From the NCBI GenBank assembly GCA_045568075.1, contig JBJLBP010000001.1, positions 102,307 through 166,306 of the forward strand: 64,000 nucleotides of DNA, read 5' to 3'. The position numbers were made by a program, and so were the translations under genes. The stretch is from Candidatus Thalassarchaeaceae archaeon. Lineage in GTDB: Archaea; Thermoplasmatota; Poseidoniia; Poseidoniales; Thalassarchaeaceae. Below the pieces are notes generated by a model, which searched no databases, had not been told where the DNA came from, and was given only the letters and a program-made list of their open reading frames with translations. This document shows positions 19,054 to 28,010 of the stretch, in pieces (positions within the stretch are counted from its first letter, which is position 1; each line of letters starts with the position of its first letter).

Positions 19054-19068
19054 TTTGTATATTACAAA
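19054..19068 (+). promoter_or_regulatory. perfect palindrome TTTGTATATTACAAA upstream of the HTH gene
   Basis: Read directly; lies about 40 nt upstream of the GTG/ATG of the 85-aa HTH ORF in an AT-rich stretch; short palindromes of this size are expected several times by chance in 64 kb. Confidence 0.25.
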
Positions 19069-19098
19069 ACATTATAGTAAGATACCTATTCCGCTAGG

Positions 19099-19356
19099 GT
19101 GAGCAACATGGCACTGGAAGCACCCCAACTTGCAAAATTGCTGAAGCTAAGAGCGGTTGGATGGTCTCAACAAGAGATTGCGGATGCGATTGGAACTTCG
19201 CAACAAGTCGTCGCTTACCAGCTGAAGAAATTGAAGGAAGAATCTCTGAAGAAAGATCCGGAAGAGGTGTTCAGTACTGCCATAATGGGCGGGATTGCAA
19301 TCGGTGCTGGATTAGGTGCTGCTGCAATGATGTTTGCTCAACTATTGAAGAAGTGA
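19099..19356 (+). CDS. small membrane-anchored helix-turn-helix protein
   Basis: HTH-like segment GWSQQEIADAIGTSQQVVAYQLKKL (sigma-70 region 4 / LuxR-like) followed by one hydrophobic helix AIMGGIAIGAGLGAAAMMFAQLL; GTG 19099 or ATG 19108. Confidence 0.5.
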   Translation: MSNMALEAPQLAKLLKLRAVGWSQQEIADAIGTSQQVVAYQLKKLKEESLKKDPEEVFSTAIMGGIAIGAGLGAAAMMFAQLLKK

Positions 19357-19357
19357 T
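19343..19357 (+). repeat. 15-nt direct repeat TATTGAAGAAGTGAT, copy 1 (3' end of HTH gene)
   Basis: Identical 15-mer recurs at 19695-19709; both copies end a reading frame with ...QLLKK-stop. Confidence 0.5.
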
Positions 19358-19372
19358 ATTTGGAGGAATAAA

Positions 19373-19684
19373 ATGACGAACACGTATGAAGAAATGAATC
19401 GAAGAATAGAGAATGGAGAGTTTGGCACACCGCCGGACCCGAATCTATTGCACCAAGCATGGGCCAACGAGCATGAGAGAGATATTGCGAATAGAGGGAG
19501 TAAGTCTGTTTACCATGGGGTTTGCTCTCTTTGGGAAGACAAAGGAAAGGTCCTGCTATCTGGGAGGACGCAGGAAGAAACCATAGTCCCGGCTGGTGTC
19601 AAAGTTCTGGTTTTAAGGAAGGATCCTGAGCCTGGAACGCGGCAACCTAACGCTAGTATTGTTTACGTTACTTACGAAGACTGA
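19373..19684 (+). CDS. hypothetical protein
   Basis: 103-aa ORF with ATG start and GGAGG-like sequence upstream; no known motif. Confidence 0.45.
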   Translation: MTNTYEEMNRRIENGEFGTPPDPNLLHQAWANEHERDIANRGSKSVYHGVCSLWEDKGKVLLSGRTQEETIVPAGVKVLVLRKDPEPGTRQPNASIVYVTYED

Positions 19685-19694
19685 GTTATTCAGT

Positions 19695-19709
19695 TATTGA
19701 AGAAGTGAT
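19695..19709 (+). repeat. 15-nt direct repeat TATTGAAGAAGTGAT, copy 2
   Basis: Located 10 nt after the TGA of the 103-aa ORF and in frame with it (YED-stop-VIQLLKK-stop). Confidence 0.5.
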
Positions 19710-19712
19710 TTT

Positions 19713-19793
19713 GTGGTCGATATCTACGTCCTGGAATGTGAGGGCGGTAAATTCTACGTCGGAGGAGATGATTCACTCGTTCAGCCAGGATAG
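19713..19793 (+). pseudogene. possible remnant of a GIY-YIG nuclease N-terminus
   Basis: 26 codons VVDIYVLECEGGKFYVGGDDSLVQPG then stop; IY-x9-YVG spacing fits the GIY-YIG signature but the frame closes immediately and no continuation exists in other frames. Confidence 0.15.
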
Positions 19794-20243
19794 CCAACGA
19801 GCAACCACATTCTGAACACCTGGAACTTCCATCTCAGATCTGCAACATCTCTCCCAAGCTAATTGTTCGCCCTTCGGAGTAATCGAGAATAATTCAGCCC
19901 GTAACAAAACTCCATCCGGAGAGTCGCATTTACTTCGATTATCGTCAATAAAACAATGTATCAAATTCTTGGGGAAATGGTGCATCTTACCTGACTCTGG
20001 GCAGCACAACATTACACTGCGCTCGAGGAAAAGTAGCGATGATCCTGAGGACTCGTCAACCTCGTGTCCTATGATGCGAGTATCCGAGAGCATGTTGGCA
20101 ACATCGACATTGTACCATTGGGTTTGATCGGGTGAGATGTTGAGTCTTGACACGTCATCAAGATATTGCTGAACCTTCAGTTGGGTGTATCCCTCATCCA
20201 CGCCCATCGAACACTTACAAAACGGCGACCCATTTGAATGCAA
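19773..20243 (-). CDS. hypothetical Cys/His-rich protein
   Basis: 156-aa ORF and the only long frame in this AT-rich stretch; no recognised motif; could be non-coding. Confidence 0.3.
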   Translation of the reverse strand: MHSNGSPFCKCSMGVDEGYTQLKVQQYLDDVSRLNISPDQTQWYNVDVANMLSDTRIIGHEVDESSGSSLLFLERSVMLCCPESGKMHHFPKNLIHCFIDDNRSKCDSPDGVLLRAELFSITPKGEQLAWERCCRSEMEVPGVQNVVARWLSWLNE

Positions 20244-20350
20244 CTTTACATTTTAATTATGAAATTATCCGAATTCCGGAAAAAAATCATAGTTCATTTT
20301 GTGACAATAAGCACCTAACATACAAATAGGGTTCCCAAATCGGAAGGCCC

Positions 20351-20773
20351 ATGCTTGCCGTAGACTCACTTGACAGATCGATTCTCGCCGTCCTTCGCGA
20401 GTCCGCTAGAGCGCCTTTCGTAGAGATCGCGAAGAAGGTCGGAGTTACTGAAAGAACCGTCCGTACACGCATGAAGCGCATGGAAGAAGATGGAGTTGTG
20501 CGCGGGTACACAATCCGCGAAGCTGGCATCGGTTTGACTGCTCTTGTTCGCATTAAGGTGGGTCCAGGAACTGAAATCGGTACCCTCGCTGGCGAGTTCG
20601 CTGGATGGGAAGGCGTCGAGTGCGTCTACGAGATTTCTGGCGACGCTGATTTGATTGGAATTGTTCACATCGATGATACGGTCGCACTTCGCGATTTGCT
20701 CGATCGAATGTGGCTCACCGCACCCGGCGACATCACATCGACTCAGACCGAATTAGTCCTCGAACAGTACTGA
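20351..20773 (+). CDS. Lrp/AsnC family transcriptional regulator
   Basis: N-terminal HTH DRSILAVLRESARAPFVEIAKKVGVTERTVRTRMKRMEEDGVV plus C-terminal RAM-type domain. Confidence 0.85.
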   Translation: MLAVDSLDRSILAVLRESARAPFVEIAKKVGVTERTVRTRMKRMEEDGVVRGYTIREAGIGLTALVRIKVGPGTEIGTLAGEFAGWEGVECVYEISGDADLIGIVHIDDTVALRDLLDRMWLTAPGDITSTQTELVLEQY

Positions 20774-21631
20774 TTACGGCTTGCGCATCAAGTGCCTGTG
20801 ATAGGCCATTGAGCCACTAACAAATCCCTCATAGACGGGAGTTCCTTTGACTCCGGCAAATGTTTCAAAACTACGACGGACAGATTTTGGCACCTTTTCT
20901 TCGATTGCTTTCATCTTCGTCTCGTTGATTTCGTCAAGTGCTCTGATAACCTCTTGAACAACATCTGCTGATTCAACAATTTCGAATCCTCTCGATTCGA
21001 ATAAGGCTGGGAGTGAAGCCATGGTTTTGGCATCTCGGAGATCTGTCCAACAAAACATCCCACCAGGCTTGAGAACACGGTATGCTTGCTCTACGAATGC
21101 ACCCATGTCACCGTAGCAGTGTGACGATTCCACATTGTATACAACGTCGAAGGATTCGTTTTCAAAAGGTAAGTCCTGTGCATTACCTTCGATGAACTGA
21201 AGGTTGGTTTGAGCGGAATACCATCGCTTGCAATGGCCGACTGCTTCTGCTGAGAAATCAACTCCAGTAAGTTTGGCAGGAGTGTGTGTCTTCGCTATCC
21301 AACTGGCTCCACCTCCCCGCCCAGATCCTACTTCGAGGACTTGTTTTCCTTCGAGATCGACTCCTCGAATGTTCATCGAGTATAGTTGTATGAACATTCG
21401 ATTAGGCTCATCATCAGAATCTAACTCAGGCCCGTTATCATCTTCGAATCCATAATTCATGAATCGAAAATCGGATTCGTCGTTTGCCTTGGCTAATTTC
21501 TGATACCACCATTTCCACATTCGGTTCTGTAACCGGCCTGGTGCTAGGCGCAGCATGGTCACGAAAAATCGAGCGGGTAGCCCCATTTTCTTGGGAGATG
21601 CGACGTGCATGTGAGCACCTATTGCTTCCAT
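20774..21631 (-). CDS. class I SAM-dependent methyltransferase
   Basis: Motif I VLEVGSGRGGGASW, post-I acidic residue, LKPGGMF. Confidence 0.8.
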   Translation of the reverse strand: MEAIGAHMHVASPKKMGLPARFFVTMLRLAPGRLQNRMWKWWYQKLAKANDESDFRFMNYGFEDDNGPELDSDDEPNRMFIQLYSMNIRGVDLEGKQVLEVGSGRGGGASWIAKTHTPAKLTGVDFSAEAVGHCKRWYSAQTNLQFIEGNAQDLPFENESFDVVYNVESSHCYGDMGAFVEQAYRVLKPGGMFCWTDLRDAKTMASLPALFESRGFEIVESADVVQEVIRALDEINETKMKAIEEKVPKSVRRSFETFAGVKGTPVYEGFVSGSMAYHRHLMRKP

Positions 21632-22173
21632 TTGACTGAGCAGCCGATTGAATCGGTACGAGGATTTGCGATTGCCCCGCCGAATGCAAGAGCGTCCATC
21701 GCTTCTGCAAGCTCTGCCGTTGTGGCTTCCATCGGATTGCGTGGTGCGTCATCGAGGCGGCCACGGTAAACCACTGTGCCGTCGCCATCAAGTAGGTAGA
21801 ATTCGGGTGTGCGTTCGGCGCCGTATGAATGGGCAATTTCCTGTGAGGCGTCGTGGAGGTAGGCGTAGGTCATTCCCTTGCCAGCGCGTTTGACCATAGA
21901 GTCCCAGTTGTCCGATTCGTAGACAATTGGGTCATTCGAATTAATGCCGACAAAACCCATGTCCAAACCTCTGGCTTTGTTTGCTATAGCCTCTATTCGT
22001 TCCTCGGAGCCAACCACATATGGGCAGTGATTGCAAGTGAACAAGACGACTGTCCCAGAGGCTCGGGAAACGTCGCTGAGACTCATCTCTTCAGCGCCAG
22101 CTGAACTGTTGGCATTCGGTAGGTGAAAGTCGGGCGCTGCATCCCCTGGTTCTATTCCTCGTGGTCCGGGCAT
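21619..22173 (-). CDS. thioredoxin-fold thiol-disulfide oxidoreductase (redoxin family)
   Basis: TVVLFTCNHCPYV active-site region; probable ATG at 22173 (MPGPRGIEPG) inside ORF 21619-22335. Confidence 0.65.
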   Translation of the reverse strand: MPGPRGIEPGDAAPDFHLPNANSSAGAEEMSLSDVSRASGTVVLFTCNHCPYVVGSEERIEAIANKARGLDMGFVGINSNDPIVYESDNWDSMVKRAGKGMTYAYLHDASQEIAHSYGAERTPEFYLLDGDGTVVYRGRLDDAPRNPMEATTAELAEAMDALAFGGAIANPRTDSIGCSVKWKQ

Positions 22174-22198
22174 ATGTGGGCCAAGACGGGGTAGGCGT

Positions 22199-24496
22199 TC
22201 AATCCTGCGTATGCAGGTTGGGTGATGTTGATTCCATTCTCTCGCGCGATTCTTCGAGTCTTCTGCGCGCCACTTGGTGTTCGGGGTCAACATTGAGGAC
22301 GTCGCGCCAGGCTGCCATCGCCTTGGCTGGATCACCGCGATCGTGCAGAATCGCGGCGGTCCTCAACCGTGCATCGAGGTGGTGAGCATCGACTGCGGCG
22401 GCGCTCTTGAAGTCGGAGAATGCTTCTTCGATACGGCCGAAATCGAGGTATAGCAAGCCACGTTGGTACCACGCATCGGAATGCTCTGGGTCGATTTGCA
22501 GGGCCTTGTTGAGGGGGACTTCTGCTTGCTCGGCACGGTCCATTGCATTGAGGCAAGTGCCGAGATGGACGAGCGCCATTACGTGCTGTGGATTGCGCTC
22601 GGAGAGACGGCGGAGTTCTGCTTCAGCCTCAGCCCAATCTGAGAGATTCATCAGAACCTCAGCCCGACGTTGCCGAGCCATGTCAAAGTCGGGGCGTTGC
22701 TCTACGAGCAAATTCGCATCGTCTAGGGCGAGAGCGAGGTCTTCGCGAAGTAAGGCTGCAGAGCATCGGTTGAGGCGAGCGCGGGTGTGATTCGCATCTC
22801 TCTCAAGCACCTTAGTGAACATGCTGAGTGCCTCAGAAATTCGTCCTTGACGAGCTGCAATAAGGCCGCGAACATAGGGGATTGAAGGGTGATTGTGGAG
22901 ATTGGTACCTGCCTCAGCCAGCATCGTGTTGGCTTGGTCGTAGCGACCCATCTCGAGGAAGAGGCGGGCGCTCTCTAGAGGGATGGAAGGGTGGTCTGGA
23001 ATGAGGCGACGTGCTCGAACTATAGCAATCTCAGCCTCGTCATGATAGCCTTGGTAACGCAAGGTCCGTGATCGCCCTAACCAAGCCAAGCCAGACTCTC
23101 TGTCGTGCTCTATCGCCTCGTTGAAAGCAGTCAGGGCTTGAAGCAGAACCATCTCGTCATGAGTCCCGGTCTCGTCCAAGTGCTGGTCAGCATCTTCGAG
23201 ATGGAGTCGTCCGTCCATGACGTGCAGAGCCGCGCTCTCCCAGGAGAGTTCGGAGGCCTCATTGAGGACATTACGAGCCCACTCTGGTGAGCCGGCCCTG
23301 AGCAGGATTAGAGCGAGTCTACCGCGCGCTTCTGCATCGCCAGGGTCGTTCTCGAGATGCTTCTCTAGGACTTCGCGCGCAGCGTCGAGGCGGCCATCAT
23401 TCTCGAGAATCTCCGCCTCGAGTAGAATGCCGTATTCACCCAGAGCGACCGCACGACGGACGCTCTGAATGGCCTCGGATGTCTGGTCTTCGCCCGCAGC
23501 CAATAGCCTCGCATGCAGTAGCCATGCATCAGGGCTGGACTGGTCGAGCTCGAGGGCGTTCTCAACCGATTCGAGGGCGACGGGGACTTCGCCCAGTAGC
23601 ATCAGTTTGGCCGCGCGCTCTGTCCAACCAGCAGCGCTGGTAGGTTCGCTGGAAATCGGATCGACCTCTGTGCGAATCTCATGCGCTCGACTCGCGAGGT
23701 CGGCAATACTCACCTCCTGCTCAGTTGCTGCATTATCGATGCCTAGGGCCTCTAGTCGGCGACGATTGCGGACTACCCTATCGATATCGGTTCCTGAAAG
23801 GAGGAGTGTTTGCTCTTGTAGCACTTCGACATCGTCGGGGTCGATTGCAAGCAATCTCTCCAAACTCCGATCGAGGGCCTCGACATCTCCATCTTCACGC
23901 TGGATAGTTGCCAAGGATCGTAGAGCCGAGGCATCCTCCGAACCTAGTTCATGAGCTCGACGATAACACTGAGCTGCTCGGTCCGTTCGCTTGACGGCGT
24001 GGAATAATTCTCCCAGCCGCCGCTGTTCGGGACCGGTGAGTTCGAGATCTTCTGCGTGCATCTCAGCGGCGTCCAGCATCGCTGCCAGTCGCTCAACCAA
24101 AGGTGCTAGTCCCGCAGGTATCGCCATATCATCGTCTTCCTCAGTATCCTCTTGCCCGTCCAAAACAGCCCGAGCGGCATGAGTGGCGATTGCGCAAGAC
24201 TCGGAGGAACTTACTCCCACCTCCTGTTCGAAAAGTAGTGATTCAGCCGTCTCCAATGAGCGATGCACACCGAGAAGGCCGTGTAATTCCGGTGTATCTC
24301 CAAACACCGTGTCGACGCCGCGTGAGAGCAAATCAAGTCGCTGCGTCGTCGCGTTCAAATCGCCTTCCAACGAGCCCACGCGGTCAGCGATGGAATCTCT
24401 CTGGCGCAGAACCTGCTGGTGTCGTAGCCATAGGATTCCGATGGCCATACCCAACAGAGCGTATAGCGAGAGGATGCCCAAGGTGGACTGCTCCAT
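22199..24496 (-). CDS. TPR-repeat protein with N-terminal membrane anchor
   Basis: N-terminal hydrophobic helix GILSLYALLGMAIGILWL followed by many tetratricopeptide-like repeats (e.g. AWYQRGLLYLDFGRIEEAFSDFKSAAAVD). Confidence 0.75.
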   Translation of the reverse strand: MEQSTLGILSLYALLGMAIGILWLRHQQVLRQRDSIADRVGSLEGDLNATTQRLDLLSRGVDTVFGDTPELHGLLGVHRSLETAESLLFEQEVGVSSSESCAIATHAARAVLDGQEDTEEDDDMAIPAGLAPLVERLAAMLDAAEMHAEDLELTGPEQRRLGELFHAVKRTDRAAQCYRRAHELGSEDASALRSLATIQREDGDVEALDRSLERLLAIDPDDVEVLQEQTLLLSGTDIDRVVRNRRRLEALGIDNAATEQEVSIADLASRAHEIRTEVDPISSEPTSAAGWTERAAKLMLLGEVPVALESVENALELDQSSPDAWLLHARLLAAGEDQTSEAIQSVRRAVALGEYGILLEAEILENDGRLDAAREVLEKHLENDPGDAEARGRLALILLRAGSPEWARNVLNEASELSWESAALHVMDGRLHLEDADQHLDETGTHDEMVLLQALTAFNEAIEHDRESGLAWLGRSRTLRYQGYHDEAEIAIVRARRLIPDHPSIPLESARLFLEMGRYDQANTMLAEAGTNLHNHPSIPYVRGLIAARQGRISEALSMFTKVLERDANHTRARLNRCSAALLREDLALALDDANLLVEQRPDFDMARQRRAEVLMNLSDWAEAEAELRRLSERNPQHVMALVHLGTCLNAMDRAEQAEVPLNKALQIDPEHSDAWYQRGLLYLDFGRIEEAFSDFKSAAAVDAHHLDARLRTAAILHDRGDPAKAMAAWRDVLNVDPEHQVARRRLEESRERMESTSPNLHTQD

Positions 24497-24623
24497 CGCT
24501 CTCAGCGGACCTGTGGGCCTTTTGATGGCTTCGTCTGCAGAGTGCTTGCTGGCCGCCGATTACAGGCGGGACGTAGTCCCGCCGAAGCCAACGCATTGAC
24601 TTCGGCGAAATTGGCTTCGTCGA

Positions 24624-25790
24624 TCACAGGTCGTTGATTCCGAAGGCCTGGACTCCACCCTTCAGGGTGACGTCGCCAACGGTCTTACCGAGGACATTGC
24701 CGATTCCGGCGCCCGAGGCAAGTTCGAAGATTCGATTGCTGACCTTTCCAGCGAAGACGATTCCTTGCGCGCCCTCAGCATCTGTCAGAGCAGATTCGAG
24801 ACCGGCGGCACCGACTGGTTCGCTACCAGAGCCATCCTCAAGGACGATAATCGCTTGATTTCGCTTTAGGCCATCCATCATGCCAGCCCAGCCCTTGACA
24901 TCATCAGGGGCTTCGAGCGCGGCGGAGCCGCGTCCGACTGACTTGTCGTCATCCTTTGCCATTTCAGCGGTAATTCGGGAGACAGCCTTGTTCGCCGCTT
25001 CCTTCTGATTCAAGCACTTGGTGACAACCTTGCCTTCGAGGTGTTCGACCTCTCGGCTCTGCGGCGCCATTGCAACGTGTGTCAGTGACTTGCCGAGGCT
25101 GCCACTAATCTCCATCAGAAGTAGACGGCCGCCGCGGTCCCCATCGAGGAATGCGGTGACGCTCTTCTTCTTTCCAGCCAATTCGATGAGCTCCGGCTTG
25201 AGGCCAGATCCCATTGTAGCGACTGCGTTCTTGATGCCGAACTTCAGCAGGTTACGAACGTCGTTTCGCCCCTCGACGATGATAATCGCCTCGGAATTCT
25301 TCACATTCGGTCCAGCGGTCATTCCGTGGAACTCGATTTCGGTGTCCACTGTTAGGACCGCACGGACCTCGTCGAGGATATTCTTCGACTCGTCCGCACC
25401 CGTCTCGATCATTTCCATCAGCAGAGACTTTGCCCTGTCGATGACGGTATCTCTCTTTGCAGAGTGAATGTTCTCAATTCGCTGTACACGGATAACTGCC
25501 TTGCAAGGCCCAATTCTGTCGATCGTCTCAAGCGCAGCCCCGATTACAGCGGTGCTGACTTGGTCGATGGACGAAGTCATGGTGATTTCACCCTTGACTC
25601 GTCCCTTGTTGTTGTTCAGATTCACATCGACGTGTCCGATGCGTCCGGTACGCTGCAATTTGCGCAGCTGCAGATCCTCTCCGAGCAGACCCTCGGTCTG
25701 CCCAAAGATCGCTCCGACGACATCCTTGCGAGCGACTGTGCCGTCCGCCTTGATGGTCGCGTGAATCACGTATTTTCCTTCATTTGCCAT
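24624..25790 (-). CDS. dnaG: archaeal DnaG-type primase / exosome-associated Toprim protein
   Basis: N-terminus KYVIHATIKADGTVARKDVVGAIFGQTEGLLGEDLQLRKLQRTGRIG matches archaeal DnaG; Toprim motifs IIIVEGRNDV and FLDGDRGG; ATG at 25790. Confidence 0.85.
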   Translation of the reverse strand: MANEGKYVIHATIKADGTVARKDVVGAIFGQTEGLLGEDLQLRKLQRTGRIGHVDVNLNNNKGRVKGEITMTSSIDQVSTAVIGAALETIDRIGPCKAVIRVQRIENIHSAKRDTVIDRAKSLLMEMIETGADESKNILDEVRAVLTVDTEIEFHGMTAGPNVKNSEAIIIVEGRNDVRNLLKFGIKNAVATMGSGLKPELIELAGKKKSVTAFLDGDRGGRLLLMEISGSLGKSLTHVAMAPQSREVEHLEGKVVTKCLNQKEAANKAVSRITAEMAKDDDKSVGRGSAALEAPDDVKGWAGMMDGLKRNQAIIVLEDGSGSEPVGAAGLESALTDAEGAQGIVFAGKVSNRIFELASGAGIGNVLGKTVGDVTLKGGVQAFGINDL

Positions 25791-26067
25791 GTTGTTTTCT
25801 CTCCTGCAGTCAGCCGGCCCCACTCGGGGGGCCTCGCGCTGTTTTCGCCTATTGGCGGTCAGTAAATGGGTGCTCAGCACCCGCGAGTGTGACAGGATTC
25901 CTGCAATCCGGGCGACCGTGCACCCCCCTTTGAACGCTCCGACTGTGCTTCGCTTTGATTATCGGAACACGAATGTGGGGTGGTGGATGATTCTCGCAAG
26001 ACCATTTCAGGAAGGGGAAGCTCTCTCCTCGGACAAGTGATTTAGGGGGTGAGCCCTATGCATCGTC

Positions 26068-26535
26068 GTGGCTTACACGAAGGTTGGTCGGCTCGGCGTA
26101 TTCAGAGGAGCCGTAGGCCTCGCTCTGCGCGATGGGTTGCTGTCGAATGGAGAGAAGCGATTGCTCGTCAAAATGGCCCACGCACTGCGTCTCAACGAAG
26201 AACAACCCAAGGCCGCATATGACGCGGTATTGGCTGGTGAGGACATAGATGGAGGCGAAGATTTGGGTCTTGAGGAAACTCGCCGAGTCTACGAACAGGT
26301 CCTTGAGGCCTTTCTACTCCACACAGACCGCTCCGAAGCCGAGCTCATTCTCGTCGCTTACCTGCGCCACACGTTCAACATCGATGATACCGAGCACCGT
26401 GCTATTGCGAGGAGTATGGATCGTCAACTAGACCAAGTGGTTCATCGCACGGTTGCGGAAGATTTCAGGATGAAATTGGATGACTCGATGGAGCGGCTTG
26501 GAAAAATCTTCGCTGATATCATCGTCAATAATTGA
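26068..26535 (+). CDS. hypothetical protein (possibly TerB-like helical domain)
   Basis: 155 aa, GTG start; LRDGLLSNGEKRLLVKMAHALRL pattern is reminiscent of TerB-like domains; weak. Confidence 0.45.
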   Translation: MAYTKVGRLGVFRGAVGLALRDGLLSNGEKRLLVKMAHALRLNEEQPKAAYDAVLAGEDIDGGEDLGLEETRRVYEQVLEAFLLHTDRSEAELILVAYLRHTFNIDDTEHRAIARSMDRQLDQVVHRTVAEDFRMKLDDSMERLGKIFADIIVNN

Positions 26536-26549
26536 GGCGTGGATGAGGT

Positions 26550-27191
26550 ATGGCGAAGGATCCGCTCGACGAATACTTCGATTCGGTTAGCGCTCGAGGT
26601 CATCATCACGCTCGTCGGCTTGCGAAGGTTGTCCGAGCGGCCTATCCGATTGGAGTTCCAGCCTTGATCATGAAATCGAGCACCGATCGCTTCGGCGAAG
26701 CGGCTGGATATTCCTTTCACCTCGGAACCCCTGATGAGAACCTTCGGCGCATTGCCTCATGGTTGCTAACAAATGCTGGGAGCAATCAGAAGGTTCTGCT
26801 CAAACTCGTCTCGCGGCTGTGGAAGAGGCACGGGCGAGAAGATGTTGCTCTTGCCGCGCTACTCATAGCCAACCTCGATCACAAGCGACTGGGGTCCGAT
26901 CCATGGGGCCTTTTGGCCTCTAATATCTCGAGAAAAGAGCCTGCTGAGGCATTGTTGTTGACGATTGAGGAGGTCCTCAGAGCGGGTCGGCCACTTCCCT
27001 CTGATGAGACGCTTCTCGCATGGTGTAGCGGTCGAACAATCGATGGTCATCTCGCCCTGATGGTGCTTCATGCCGCAACGGTTCGAGGCGAGAGAGTGAG
27101 TTCTGATGTAGCGCAGGCCGTTCAGTCTGTGTCAGTGCCGCCGGGAGATTCACTCCTCGGCCGAATCAAGGCTCGAGTCGTCGCTGGTTGA
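26550..27191 (+). CDS. hypothetical helical protein (HEAT/AlkD-like repeat fold suspected)
   Basis: 213 aa, 14 nt after the previous gene; leucine-rich helical repeats; no catalytic motif recognised. Confidence 0.45.
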   Translation: MAKDPLDEYFDSVSARGHHHARRLAKVVRAAYPIGVPALIMKSSTDRFGEAAGYSFHLGTPDENLRRIASWLLTNAGSNQKVLLKLVSRLWKRHGREDVALAALLIANLDHKRLGSDPWGLLASNISRKEPAEALLLTIEEVLRAGRPLPSDETLLAWCSGRTIDGHLALMVLHAATVRGERVSSDVAQAVQSVSVPPGDSLLGRIKARVVAG

Positions 27192-27436
27192 GCCAAGTTC
27201 AAGCGCTCTTTGTCCTGCCGCGAGTCATGAGCGAACGCTTGCTGCCTTCGGATGATCCGATTGCTGAGCAAGTGCTCGAATGGACGATCCAGCGCGACTC
27301 GGCTGACATCAGACAATTGATGCGCTGGATCGAGCGCAGCGATGGACGCAAGGAGAGGCTGACGCTGCTAGCACGCGCATCGGAATTGATGGAAGAAATC
27401 CGTTACGCGATGCAGAGGCTTGACGACTTGCGGTGA
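27188..27436 (+). CDS. hypothetical small protein
   Basis: 82-aa ORF overlapping the upstream stop by 4 nt and ending 4 nt before the mobA-like start. Confidence 0.35.
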   Translation: MSQVQALFVLPRVMSERLLPSDDPIAEQVLEWTIQRDSADIRQLMRWIERSDGRKERLTLLARASELMEEIRYAMQRLDDLR

Positions 27437-27440
27437 TACC

Positions 27441-28010
27441 ATGCGCGCGCTGCTATTCGCCGGAGGCCGAAGTAAGCGAATGGGGCGGGACAAATCCCTG
27501 CTAGAAGTCGATGGAATTCCTTGCATTGCGAGGGTAGTTGCGGCCCTTGTCGAGGCTGGCTGCGAGCCGATTCGTATCGCTGTAGCTCAGCCGGAGGATG
27601 TCGAAAGGTACGGAGCAGTTCTACCGGCTGGAGCAGATGTCGAGTGGGTCTTGGATGCCGTTCCACACGCCGGTCCCATCGAGGCTATGGTTGAGGCATT
27701 GAGCGACCCATTGGTCGGTGAAGTTGAGTCGGTTCAATTGTGTCCAGTTGATGTTCCGTGGATTACCGCCGAGCTCTTTGGCGAGCTCGAAAAAACTCTC
27801 GGCTCTGACGATTTATTGGCCATCCCCGCAGACCCTCAACGAACACACCCTTTGCTCGCTCGGGTGCGCCCCGCGCTGGCTTCCGCGATTGGAGATGATC
27901 GCCGGCCACTGCACATTCAATTTGGCGAGTTAGAGCATTCAACGCTGCTAGCTGACCCGCTAATTTTACGGAATGTGAATACGCCGGCGGATTTGTCTGG
28001 TTCAGACTGA
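27441..28010 (+). CDS. mobA: MobA-like nucleotidyltransferase (molybdenum cofactor guanylyltransferase family)
   Basis: N-terminal LLFAGGRSKRMGRDKSLLEVDG signature of the MobA NTP-transferase fold; ATG at 27441. Confidence 0.7.
   Translation: MRALLFAGGRSKRMGRDKSLLEVDGIPCIARVVAALVEAGCEPIRIAVAQPEDVERYGAVLPAGADVEWVLDAVPHAGPIEAMVEALSDPLVGEVESVQLCPVDVPWITAELFGELEKTLGSDDLLAIPADPQRTHPLLARVRPALASAIGDDRRPLHIQFGELEHSTLLADPLILRNVNTPADLSGSD

Noticed and set aside
19713-19793. Functional GIY-YIG homing endonuclease gene
   Set aside because: Only 26 codons before a stop and no continuation in any frame; at most a remnant (kept as a low-confidence pseudogene feature).
22407-23954. Long antisense ORFs inside annotated genes (e.g. 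22407-22790, 23469-23954; also 2982-3602, 7376-8029, 8385-8945, 32249-32695, 35315-36067)
   Set aside because: They lie opposite strongly supported genes in GC-rich sequence and translate to Ser/Arg/Ala-rich low-complexity peptides; this is the usual artefact of high-GC antisense frames.
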